Of a stretch of DNA of 64,000 bases, positions 1 through 10,110 are shown piece after piece. Each line of letters opens with the position of its first letter. Positions within the stretch are counted from its first letter, which is position 1. The translations under genes were made by a program, and so were the position numbers. The stretch lies in assembly GCA_965240325.2 (NCBI GenBank), contig OZ251227.1, positions 1,736,001 to 1,800,000 of the forward strand, given 5' to 3'. The notes beneath the pieces are model-generated. The model did not search any database and was not told the DNA's origin. It worked only from the letters and a program-made list of their open reading frames with translations. Source of the stretch: Rebecca billardiae RCC1528 (Eukaryota > Protista > Haptophyta).

Positions 1-107
1 CCTCACCTGCCTGCGCCGGTCTGTTTTGTGGCGGTGTCTTTGTGCAGTGTTGGATGGCGTTAATCACGCCTTAACCAAGTGTGCACGTTAAATCATAGTA
101 AACTGTA
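1..107 (-). repeat. Dispersed repeat end 'type A' (reverse complement of 5330-5420), terminating ...TAGTAAACTG|TA
   Basis: 17-107 is a near-perfect reverse complement of 5330-5420 (CAGTTTACTATG.TTTAACGTGCACACTTGGTTAAGGCGTGATT.ACGCCATCCAACACTGCACAAAGACACCGCCACAAAACAGACCG). Confidence 0.8.
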
Positions 108-1020
108 ACGTTAGCGCGGACTTTGCCGTGTTGCCCCCACACCCTATTCAAATGGGTATGTATGGTACGCAGTGCTTCCTGGACAGTTAAAATGCCCCTT
201 ATTTATAACGGGCTCCGGGTGATCAGGCTGGCGGCCGAAGCCTCCAGCCCTACCCTGGCCAGCCCCCAACCAACCACCACCCTCACCCAACCTCAAACCA
301 CTGACCGAGACACCCGTAGTGTCTTGACACCACTCCACTGTGGACAGCCCGCCTCCAGAGGGGGCGGGGGTATGCCATTGCCAACAGCATACAAGCCCAA
401 CACTGTGGGGTGGTCCCAGGTACAAGCAGTGCACGGCCTTGCAATTCAAGATCATCGAGTTTGAGCCGAGTCGGCAGAAGGGGCACCCCCTAGGGTGCCC
501 CAGTGTGGGCAGAGGGCCAGCCACTAGCCGATCCCTGCGCGGCCGGAAGGGGACTGAGGGGACTGTCATCGAGCCCAGTAGCTGGGCAGGGGTCTGGGCC
601 ACTGGCCCTGGCAGCGAGGCGCCTGTATTTCACTCGTGCAGCTATGGAGGCAGAGGGGGTCATGTCAGACATGTGTGCTATATCGGGCATCAAGTCAGGG
701 CGTGGGCCGCTGTAGGAGGCAAGCAGAGTGGTGGCGATGGCTAATACGCCTGGGGAGGAGTCGTTTGCGCGCCTCTTTCTGCTGCTCTTTGCAGGGGGTT
801 GCATACTTCGCTGTGCAGGCTGAGCCTGCCTGCCAGTTGGTGTTAGGATAGGCACATTTGCCTGGCGGGGTGGGCAGTGTCGTTTGGGCGGGGGGCTGTC
901 TTGCTGAGCTTGACTAGGAGGAGGCAGCCTGCGCCTGGGGGCTGCCAGTGTCTTGGCAGAGCCAGCAGGTGGCTGTGTGGCCTGCTGTCCAGTGTCTGAT
1001 TGTGTAATGCCGTTGTGAGC

Positions 1021-2802
1021 TCAGTGACCAGTGTGACTGCCCGCAGCAGGATCTGCCTCAATCTCAGGGCCCCCATGTGTCAACACATTGTCCGACGGAC
1101 GCACATCGCGGCGAGCCAACGGTGGGGTAACATGTTGGAGCGGCCATGCCACAAGAGGTGTGGCAGGCTGCAGAGGCCACGCAATCACCATAGGGAGGGG
1201 GCGAGCACGCTGTAGGGGCCATGCCCGCAAGAGTAGCTGAGGGCGCACGTGGTGACCGCGCGCTATTGGCTGGTGCAGGTTGGCCTGCCCCGCGCCTGCC
1301 TGCCAGCCCTGGCCAGCCTGGGCAGGGGGTTGCTGCTGGATGACAGGTGGCCCCTGTAACTGATTATTCATGGCAATCGCCCCTCCTGGGCCTGCCTGTG
1401 CCTGTGGGGGAGGGGGCTGCCCCCCCTGGTCGTGCCCAGGCGGCTGCCGAAGCTCCCTGGCATGTCGGAGGAGACGCCCTGCCTTTGACAGCTGGGAGTC
1501 CACGTCCTTGCGGGCCTGCATGATGCCTAGCCCTGCCTTCAGTAAGGCCACGTGCATGCTCCTGCCGAGATGCACGTTGCCCCCCACAGTGGTCTTCAGT
1601 GTGCTGGGCACCCTGCCCAAGAGGGCAGCCCCAGAGCACACATGTCGCGCCAAGTTCCATGCTGCTGCCTGTCCCTGCATGAAGGGCTCAATTATATGCG
1701 ATATGCTTCTGGCAGCAGCCTCGCGGTAGGCATCGACCTCAGGGCACTCGGAGAAGAGGTGGTGTTCAGTATCTGGCGCTGGATGTAGCAGTGGAGTATG
1801 ATCACAGAGGGGGCAGGCATCGCTAAATGCAGCCCCCGACTGGAATCGCACAGATAACAACGTCGGGTCTCGCAGGGCAGCCGGCTGCAGGAACTCATAT
1901 CCGTGGTGGAGTATGTAGTAGGCAGGCACAGTGCTGGCCTGCCAGGTCCGTAGGATGCCAGTGGAGGCCTCTGGCCACACGCCAGTCCATTCACCCACCA
2001 AGTCACAGCTGGGCTTGGTGGCTTGCAGGTGCGTTGCCCTTTGTGACAGCACACTGTCATGCACAAGGGGCTTGATTCTGCCTGCCACTGGCTCTCCGTT
2101 GGCCAGCTGTACCAGCGCATGAGAACCCGCATTTGGGTGGCCACCTCTCATGTGAGTCACACAGGGGGTTGTGGGGTCAGAGCAGCATAGCTTGGCCCCA
2201 GCATCGCTGCAGGCGTTGAGCAGGGTTTTGGGGTTCATCCCTGCTTGGCGCAAAGCCGCCACACTGTGTTGGCTGACGGTGCAGTACTGGTCCCCCTGAG
2301 TGTGAGTGAGGCTGAGGTGTAGCGCGGCCGCATCGTCAGCAGAGTGCGCCTTGACATGCTCAAATGAAGTGGTGCTGCCATGCATCAGGCGGCGCCAGCC
2401 CACCAGGTTCATGACCCTGGCGATGTATGGTGCGTACGCGTGGTGCCCCTGCCGCAGCCGTCGGTCCCAGGGGTCGTTTTGCCACATTTCGGCGGCCTTT
2501 ACCATTTCCTGCAGGTCAGTGCACACCAGCAGGTTGGCGGTGGGGTCAATCTGTACCAATGCATCGGTGATGGCCATGAATTCGGCTGGGCCTGGTGCCT
2601 GGTGCCCCTCGAACTTGGAGCAATACACATGCACAGGGGCAGTGTAATTGTTGCCACTGAAGAAGGAAAAGGCACATGCAGCCTGTCCGTTCTCTGCATC
2701 GAATGAGCCGTCAGTGGCCACCATTAGCATGCCAGGTACAGGAAGTGCCGGCAGATGGCGGGGATTGGGTGGATCACAGATAGTGCGCTTGGCGGCAGGC
2801 AC
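1021..2802 (-). mobile_element. 5'-truncated non-LTR retrotransposon (LINE) ORF: RNase H followed by a CCHC zinc knuckle
   Basis: RNase H motifs VATDGS, AEFMAI, VCTD, HVKAHS, NACSD; downstream CPLC...DTEHHLFSEC is the zf-RVT-like motif of LINE ORF2. Base composition differs from the host genes. No RT upstream; the sequence switches to another repeat at ~2869. Confidence 0.8.
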
Positions 2803-2868
2803 GTGCCCCAGGTACTGCCCTCAGCATATCCCTCACTGCCAGTATCACCGCCGGTGACTCTGGTCAGC

Positions 2869-4427
2869 AATGATGATCGCGAAAAGTTGCGCGTGAGGTG
2901 ACGACGATCCAACGGCAAAGTGCCACCGGCACATGAGTCGGTCTCTGCGTGGAGTGCGGGTGCGGCGGCGTCGGTGCGGCGGAGGCGGAGGCGGAGGCGT
3001 CGGGGGCGGCGGCTGAAGGGAGCGAGGGCGATGGTGGCGGCGCAGTCGAGGGAGGTGCGCCGAATGGCATGTCCGTCCTCACCCTCGCCGGCGGCGGCCG
3101 CCCGCGTGCCGCCGCCGCGGCGGCTCGGCTTGCTGGCGACCGACTGCTGCCGCAGGTGATGCGACCGGACGCGCCGATGCGGCGCGCGTACGAGGTGGCG
3201 CAGCTGCTGCTCGAGGTGATCGCGCACTGCGCGCTCGACCCCGCCGAGCCCGCCGCATGCGCCACCCTCTCCGCAGGCTGCGTCGCAAATCTGACCTATC
3301 CGGTCGACAGGCGTCTGCACTCGGACTGCGCGGCGGCGCCGGCGCGAGGCCGAGCGCGCGAGCCTGGGCGGCGGCGGGCGCGCGGCGGGGCATGTGCTGC
3401 CCGAGAGGCTGGCGCACTCGCCCAGCGCCGCCGCGCACACCGCCGCCGACCTCGCGCGCACGACCTCCGTCAACTCCTCCGTCAGCGGCGGAGAGCGCGT
3501 CGCGTCGCCGCCCACGCGGCTGGTCGCTGCCGCCCAGCCGGTTCGTCATCCGAGCGCAGTCGCCCGCCGGCGGCGGCGGGGCGGATCGGAGGCGGCGGCG
3601 TCGGAGGGCGGCGTCGGAGGGCGGCGTCGGAGGGCGGCGTCGGAGGGCGGAGCGGAGGGCGGCGGCGCGCCGCCGCCGCCGCCCGACGGGCTGCCGCGAT
3701 CGCCGCTCGCCGCCGCGATCGCCGCCGCCGACGGCAGCGGCGGCGCGCGGGCGCCCGCAGCGCGCGCCGGGCCGGTCGCCGCCTGGGTGGTGGGACCGCC
3801 GCTGGGGGGTGGGGCGGGCGGAGGAGATGGCGGTGGCGAAGGAGGAAGCGGTGGTGGACGTGGACGTCACGCAGTCCGGGCTGCACTGGCTCATCCACCT
3901 CCTCTCCGCACTCGACCCGCCGCCGTCACCGACGGCGCAGCAGCTGGCGGCGGCGCGACGGACGGTGGCGGGCGCGGCCGCGGCCGAAGCGGGCGCGCGC
4001 CGCGCGCGCCGCTGCGGTGGCGTGGAGCGGCGGGAGCTGAGCGGCGCGCTGCTGCACACGCAGTCACGCTGCAGCGCAGCTGGCGGCGGCGCGACGGACG
4101 GTGGCGGGCGCGGCCGCGGCCGAGGCGGGCGAGCGCCGCGCGCGCCGCTGCGGCGGCGTGGAGCGGCGGGAGCTGAGCGGCGCGCTGCTGCACACGCAGT
4201 CACGCTGCGCTTACGTGCTGCAGACGCTGTGCGAGCGCGCCACCGCCGACGCCGTCGCGCCGCCGCTGCCCCCGCCGCACCGGCACCGTCTGACCGTCCG
4301 ACCGTGTCGTCACAAGCCGCGGCTGCTGCTCACATTCACAAGCTGCGTGATGGTGACTAGCACTAGCCACTAGGGCCGTGCGCCCTCAACTTCGTTGTTC
4401 ACTACCCGAAGATCGGCGTAGCCGATC
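2869..4427 (+). mobile_element. Hairpin-ended dispersed repeat family 2, copy A (Helitron/Helitron2-like non-autonomous, carrying a degenerate gene fragment)
   Basis: Direct-orientation copy of 60257-61689. Similarity stops right after the hairpin GATCGGC-GTA-GCCGATC (4411-4427). No TSD seen. Internal frameshifted protein-like sequence. Confidence 0.65.
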
Positions 4428-4871
4428 TTATCATCGTAAGTGATATTCATCATGCACACAGTGACCGACACGGATCGTCACTGAGCCTATACGGTAATGA
4501 GTATACGTCACCGCGTCACTGCTCATTACGCCGTTGGCCGCGGCAGACTCTCGCCGACTGACTCAGTCTCAGGGCGGGCGGGCAGCCTACGGGCCCCCAG
4601 CGCCATAATCCATCGTTGCGGCGACGGTACTCGAAGCGCCACGCGGTCAGACTGTGGCCCGTCCGTCGTCAGTGAGACGTCACTCGCTAAGACTAGCTGA
4701 CCGGCTCGGAGCCTCTCGGCACTGCGGTCGTGGTGGCCGGGCCCGCCATCACGCAGACTACTGTGGACACCAGAGGCTACGGGACGGATCGTGCAGCTCC
4801 ACCGAGTAGTTGCCGGAGTTCGGCATACCGCCGATCCTCGCAAAGGGACTCGCTCTCTAAGCGGTTGCTCA

Positions 4872-5267
4872 TTAGCCATGAGCCGTCGCGGGTGCGCCAC
4901 TCGCGATTGACAAGCCGTGCTCATCCACACCGAGGCGAGCCTGCTGCTCCTCCGTGTAGTACGCAGCCGTCCATCCGCCCATGTCGCGCTCGCCGGCGGG
5001 CTTCTCCATGGCGCCGTATGTCCATGGGGGGCCAGCCAGACCCACCATGCCAGGTGGTGGGCCGCCACCGGCTGGCTCCGCCCCTGCGCCTGCTGCATTC
5101 GACACCTTCTGGCCTGTTTCGTCCACTCCGAGCCGGCACTGCTGCTCTTCCGTGTAGACCGCGGCCGTCCACGAGCCCATATCGCGCTCGCCCTGCGGCG
5201 CCTCGATCTCACCCCGCGTCCACGGCGGGCCGATCGCTCCCATCTTCCCGGCGCCCGTGTTGGCCAT
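4872..5267 (-). CDS. Small protein (131 aa) with two copies of a ~40-aa motif ending YTEEQQxRLGVDExG
   Basis: ATG-started ORF. GPPWTRGEIEAPQGERDMGSWTAAVYTEEQQCRLGVDETG and GPPWTYGAMEKPAGERDMGGWTAAYYTEEQQARLGVDEHG are conserved at the protein level. Confidence 0.7.
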   Translation of the reverse strand: MANTGAGKMGAIGPPWTRGEIEAPQGERDMGSWTAAVYTEEQQCRLGVDETGQKVSNAAGAGAEPAGGGPPPGMVGLAGPPWTYGAMEKPAGERDMGGWTAAYYTEEQQARLGVDEHGLSIASGAPATAHG

Positions 5268-5329
5268 GACGTACGCCCGTCTTGGCCGAGCGACCGCTTG
5301 CGCGCCAAGATCGCCGGACAGTTTACTAC

Positions 5330-5420
5330 TACAGTTTACTATGTTTTAACGTGCACACTTGGTTAAGGCGTGATTGACGCCATCCAACACTGCACAAAGA
5401 CACCGCCACAAAACAGACCG
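5330..5420 (+). repeat. Dispersed repeat end 'type A' (TA|CAGTTTACTA...)
   Basis: Inverted match to 17-107; interrupted at 5421 by the foldback element. Confidence 0.8.
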
Positions 5421-5422
5421 TA

Positions 5423-7303
5423 CGCGTCGGCTTCTCCAATTCGCCTCGGGGTCGCGGCCGAAAAAAATCCGGCCTGCGCCCGCGACGGCGCGCGGCCGAG
5501 CTCGGGCCGACTCGGGAGGTCGGCGCGCGGCGCCACAACGCGTGGTGGCGCGCGTGCGTCCCGGAGCGCGATGTAGACTACGCGCGCGCGCTCACGTGCC
5601 CTCGGGGGTACAGAGGGCCTGCAACCGCCCCCGCGTAGTGCGGCATGCCGCCTGCACCGCGTTCGCGTCCAGTCGTCGCCGAGCACCGCCCAGATCCATC
5701 GGTGCACGCAAGCGTGGCCGGCCTGAGGGCCGGTCGGCGAAGCCGCTGAGCGCGGATCTGATGCATGACATTCTGTGCATGCACGTGTACAGCACAGCGC
5801 CCACCGCGCTGACCACGACCGTCGTCATGACGTTCAGCGCGGGCATCACGCACTGCTGCTGCCGGCTGATGGGCGCGCGGCAAGCAGTGATGGCAAGCTG
5901 CCCCACCGCCCAGCAGCCGAGCTGGGGGGCTTAGCAGCCGCAGTACGCGTAGCTGGGTCCTGCAGCTGGGCGGCGGGGCAGTTACGAGTACTGCTGGGCG
6001 CTCGGAGTACATCAGCGCCACAGCGTTGCGAATGCGGGCCGGCGGCGCGGCCGACGGCCGGCGGCGCGGCCGACGGCCGGCCGGCAGACGGCAGCCGGCC
6101 AGCGGCAGTAGCCGGACAGGCGGAGCGATTCGAGCTGTGTTCTGAGGTGGGCAGGCTCCGCACTGATGACAGCAGATGACATATATGTGATACGCTGTAG
6201 TCGTAGTAGCAGACAAAGATGATGTGACATGTGCTTGTGCAATGCCGTGCCTGCGAGTGCGGCCGCCGCGCGTGGGTCACGCCGCTGCGGTGAACCGCCG
6301 CGCAACCATAAGCCGCGAGTTCATCACGCTGTTCCGCGTGTACCCGAGCTGCGCGCGAGGAGATCTTCGCCACCGCGGTCGCACTCACCATGCTCAGGAG
6401 ACGACACAGCAGGTGGCGGGACTTCTGAAGGGTGGCACGCTGATCCACCTCGCGCTCTGTATATATATCAATCACTATCCAATGGTACTCTCGCCGTCGC
6501 CCGAAAGGCAGGGCGTATTGGCGGCACGACGACACTGACGGATATCCTGAACACCGATTACACTGTCATCAGTGCGGAGCCTGCCCACCTCAGAACACAG
6601 CTCGAATCGCTCCGCCTGTCCGGCTACTGCCGCTGGCCGGCTGCCGTCTGCCGGCCGGCCGTCGGCCGCGCCGCCGGCCGTCGGCCGCGCCGCCGGCCCG
6701 CAACGCTGTGGCGCTGATGTACTCCGAGCGCCCAGCAGTACTCGTAACTGCCCCGCCGCCCAGCTGCAGGACCCAGCTACGCGTACTGCGGCTGCTAAGC
6801 CCCCCAGCTCGGCTGCTGGGCGGTGGGGCAGCTTGCCATCACTGCTTGCCGCGCGCCCATCAGCCGGCAGCAGCAGTGCGTGATGCCCGCGTTGAACGTC
6901 ATGACGACGGTCGTGGTCAGCGCGGTGGGCGCTGTGCTGTACACATGCATGCACAGAATGTCATGCATCAGATCCGCGCTCAGCGGCTTCGCCGACCGGC
7001 CCTCAGGCCGGTCACGCTTGCGTGCACCGATGGATCTGGGTGCTCGGCGATGACTGGACGCGAACGCGGTGCAGGCGGCATGCCGCACTACGCGGGGGCG
7101 GTTGCAGGCCCTCTGTACCCCCGATGGCACGTGAGCGCGCGCGCGTAGTCTACATCGCGCTCCGGGACGCACGCGCGCCACCACGCGTTGTGGCGCCGCG
7201 CGCCGACCTCCCGAGTCGGCCCGAGCTCGGCCGCGCGCCGTCGCGGGCGCAGGCCGGATTTTTTTCGGCCGCGACCCCGAGGCGAATTGGAGAAGCCGAC
7301 GCG
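5423..7303. mobile_element. Foldback-type non-autonomous DNA transposon, ~745-bp inverted arms, TA-flanked
   Basis: 5423-6172 is the reverse complement of 6563-7303, with small indels and a 390-bp spacer. Ends are TA|CGCGTCGGCTTCTCC...GGAGAAGCCGACGCG|TA. Mirror-image ORFs appear in the ORF track. Confidence 0.88.
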
Positions 7304-7476
7304 TAGTAAGAATAAGAGACGCACACAGCTCAGGTGTGCAGGCGAGATCAGTAAATAATCTCAAATCGACAGACCCCCCCCCCCCGCCCGGCCCCGCCCC
7401 CGGGCCGGAGGCACCCCCGGCCCACGCCGGGGCCGGGCTTGACCATCGTGTCGGCGGACGGCCGCGCCGACGATTG

Positions 7477-10110
7477 ATGAGGGCGGTGCGCTGGGTGCTG
7501 GCTGCTGCGTGCGTGGCGCCGTTGATCGCTGGCGAGCCGGCGTTCCCGTTGTTCTCCGACCTCCAAGGCAAGCCGTACTCCGTCGACTACGACGCGCGCG
7601 CGCTGCGCATCGATGGCGAGCGCGCGCTCTTCATCTCGGGCTCCCTCCATTACCCGCGCGCGCCGCCGGAGGAGTGGGACGGCTGGCTGCGCGACGCACG
7701 CGCGAACGGGCTGAATATGGTCGAGATCTACGTCTTCTGGAATCTGCACGCCCCCTCCGAGCACGGCCCCGGCGTCTGGTCGGGCAACGCGAACGTGACG
7801 GACTTTGCGCAGCGCGCGGCGGCGCACGGCCTGTTTGTCTACCTCCGCATCGGCCCGTACGTGTGCGCCGAGTGGACGTACGGCGGTGTGCCGCTCTGGC
7901 TCGCGCAGAAGCCCGGCGTGCGCTTCCGCGAGACCAACCCGATCTGGCAGGCGGCCATGGCCGCCTTCTTCCACGAGGTGCTCGGCCGGTTTGCGCGCGC
8001 GCGCCTCTTTGCGCACCAGGGCGGCCCGTTGGCGCTCGTGCAGGTGGAGAACGAGCTGCAGCCGACGGACCGCGAGTACGTGGACTGGTGCGGCCGGATG
8101 GCGACGGACGCGCTCCGCGCGGTCGGCGCGGGCGCGCTCCCGCTCACCATGTGCAACGGCGAGACGGCCGACGAGGCGATCAACACGTGCAACGGCGAGG
8201 ACTGCGCGCCCTTCCTCGAGCAGCGCGGGCAGAGCGGCCGCGTGCTCGTCGACCAGCCGGCGCTGTGGACGGAGGACGAGGGGGGCTTCGCGCTGTGGGG
8301 CGGCTCCGCCGCGGGCGAGCCCTCCTATTTCTGGGGCCGCCGCCCCGGCGAGCTCGCGTACAATGCGCTCCGCTGGTTTGCGCGCGGCGGCAGCTTGCTC
8401 AACTACTACATGCTGGCTGGCGGCTCGAACCGAGGGCTGTGGGCGGGCGCGGCGCTGACGACGGCGTACGCGACCGACGTCACGATCTGCCACGACGGGC
8501 TGCGCCACGACGCCAAGTTCCACTTCCTCACGCTCCTGCACGCCGCCCTGCAGCGCGTGGCGCCTGCGCTGCTGGCCGAGGGCGCTGCGGCGCGCGCCGA
8601 GGCTGTGGAGGCGGCGCGGCACGCCCAAGGTCCGTGGGTGTTCGCTCCGCTCGAGCGGCAGCGCGCGTACGCGTACGGCGCGTATGCGTTCGTCGAGAAC
8701 AACGCGGACGAGCCGGTGTTCGTCCGCTTCCTCAACCACACCTGCACGCGCAGCCTGCGGCTCTCGGCACGGAGCGCGGCGCTCGTGGCGCGCTGCGAGG
8801 CCGGCGCCGCTGAGGCGGGCTCGGGCGCGGCGCCGGCCTCGCTCCTGCGCATGCCGGCGCACGCTGATGAGCGCAAGCGCACGCCGACGACGGGTGGCGA
8901 TCGGTCACTCCGGTCGCAAAACCTCGGCGAGGCCGAGCCTGCTGCCGCCGAGCTGCACGTGCTCTTCCGAAGCGACGGCTTGGCGCCGGGCGCGCCGCTG
9001 CCTCCGGAGCACCGCGCGCTTGCGCCGCTGCGCGCCCCGAGCGGCGCGACGGCGCCTCCGCTCTCGTGGCGGCAGTGGCGCGAGCCGATCGCGACGCCCG
9101 CGCCCATCGACATCGGCGCCAACGGCCCGGCGATTCACTCGCGTGTGCCCATCGAGCAGGGCCAGGTCACGCGCGACAAGTCCGCCTTCGCCACGTACGC
9201 ACGGCACTCGACCACGTTTGCGGGCGCGTGCGCCGCCGCGCCGCCGCTCGCCGAGGCCGCGCCCGCGGGCTCGGCGTGCGTGCTCGCGGTGGAGGTGGGC
9301 TGCGCCAACGCGCTCACCGCCCTCGTGGACGGCGTCGCGGTCGGCCACGCGAGCGAGCTCTCGCACGACCCGTGCAACGCCACGCTCAACCTCACGCTCG
9401 ACACGTCGCACGTCGCGCCGGGCAAGCACACGCTCGTGCTCGTCTCCGAGCACCTGGGCTACGCCAATTACGGGTTTCGCAGCCCGCTGCTCAAGGGGCT
9501 GATCGGCAAGGTGGAGCTCGGTGGACGGGAGATCACGCGCGGCGCGTGGATCATCCGCGCGGGCCTCGACGGCGAGCGGCTCCGCCTGATGACACGCCAA
9601 GGCGCCGCCGCGGTCAACTGGACGACCCCGCCGCCGCAGGCCGCCCCGCCGCCGCCGCCGCCACCGCCACCGGCGGGCGGCCCCGGGGGGCGCGCGGCCC
9701 CGCTCACCTGGTACCGCGCGACGTTCAGCACACCGCCCGAGCTCGTGGGCGATGAGCGCGCGCGGCTGCACGTGAACATGAGCGGCTTCGGCCGCGGGCA
9801 CGCGTGGGTGAACGGCCACTCGCTCGGCCGCTACTGGCTGAAGGCGCGCACGACCGGCCCAGAGGCGGGCACGCGGCCGACGCAGGCGCTCTACCACGTG
9901 CCCACGTCCTACCTTCACGCCGCCGGGGTGGGCTCGGGCGCGGCGAGCGGTGCCGCCGGCGCGGCGCCCAACGTGCTCACGGTGCTTGAGAGCCTAGGCG
10001 CGCGCGCGCTCGGCCGCGCGGCGCTCTACGTCGCCACGCTTGCGCCCGGTGCTGGCCCTCACTTCAACCTTGACGCGTGGCTCAACAAGACCACGGACTG
10101 CGAGATGTGA
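7477..10110 (+). CDS. Secreted glycoside hydrolase family 35 beta-galactosidase
   Basis: Signal-like MRAVRWVLAAACVAPLIAG; SGSLHYPR, YVFWNLH, LRIGPYVCAEWTYGGVPLWL; catalytic QVENE and WTE; NYYM; C-terminal GRGHAWVNGHSLGRYW and QALYHVP. Confidence 0.95.
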   Translation: MRAVRWVLAAACVAPLIAGEPAFPLFSDLQGKPYSVDYDARALRIDGERALFISGSLHYPRAPPEEWDGWLRDARANGLNMVEIYVFWNLHAPSEHGPGVWSGNANVTDFAQRAAAHGLFVYLRIGPYVCAEWTYGGVPLWLAQKPGVRFRETNPIWQAAMAAFFHEVLGRFARARLFAHQGGPLALVQVENELQPTDREYVDWCGRMATDALRAVGAGALPLTMCNGETADEAINTCNGEDCAPFLEQRGQSGRVLVDQPALWTEDEGGFALWGGSAAGEPSYFWGRRPGELAYNALRWFARGGSLLNYYMLAGGSNRGLWAGAALTTAYATDVTICHDGLRHDAKFHFLTLLHAALQRVAPALLAEGAAARAEAVEAARHAQGPWVFAPLERQRAYAYGAYAFVENNADEPVFVRFLNHTCTRSLRLSARSAALVARCEAGAAEAGSGAAPASLLRMPAHADERKRTPTTGGDRSLRSQNLGEAEPAAAELHVLFRSDGLAPGAPLPPEHRALAPLRAPSGATAPPLSWRQWREPIATPAPIDIGANGPAIHSRVPIEQGQVTRDKSAFATYARHSTTFAGACAAAPPLAEAAPAGSACVLAVEVGCANALTALVDGVAVGHASELSHDPCNATLNLTLDTSHVAPGKHTLVLVSEHLGYANYGFRSPLLKGLIGKVELGGREITRGAWIIRAGLDGERLRLMTRQGAAAVNWTTPPPQAAPPPPPPPPPAGGPGGRAAPLTWYRATFSTPPELVGDERARLHVNMSGFGRGHAWVNGHSLGRYWLKARTTGPEAGTRPTQALYHVPTSYLHAAGVGSGAASGAAGAAPNVLTVLESLGARALGRAALYVATLAPGAGPHFNLDAWLNKTTDCEM

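Noticed and set aside
108-5329. Composite transposon bounded by the two type-A inverted repeats
   Set aside because: The TA|CAGT termini abut this interval with the repeat bodies extending away from it, so it lies outside both ends rather than being enclosed by TIRs.
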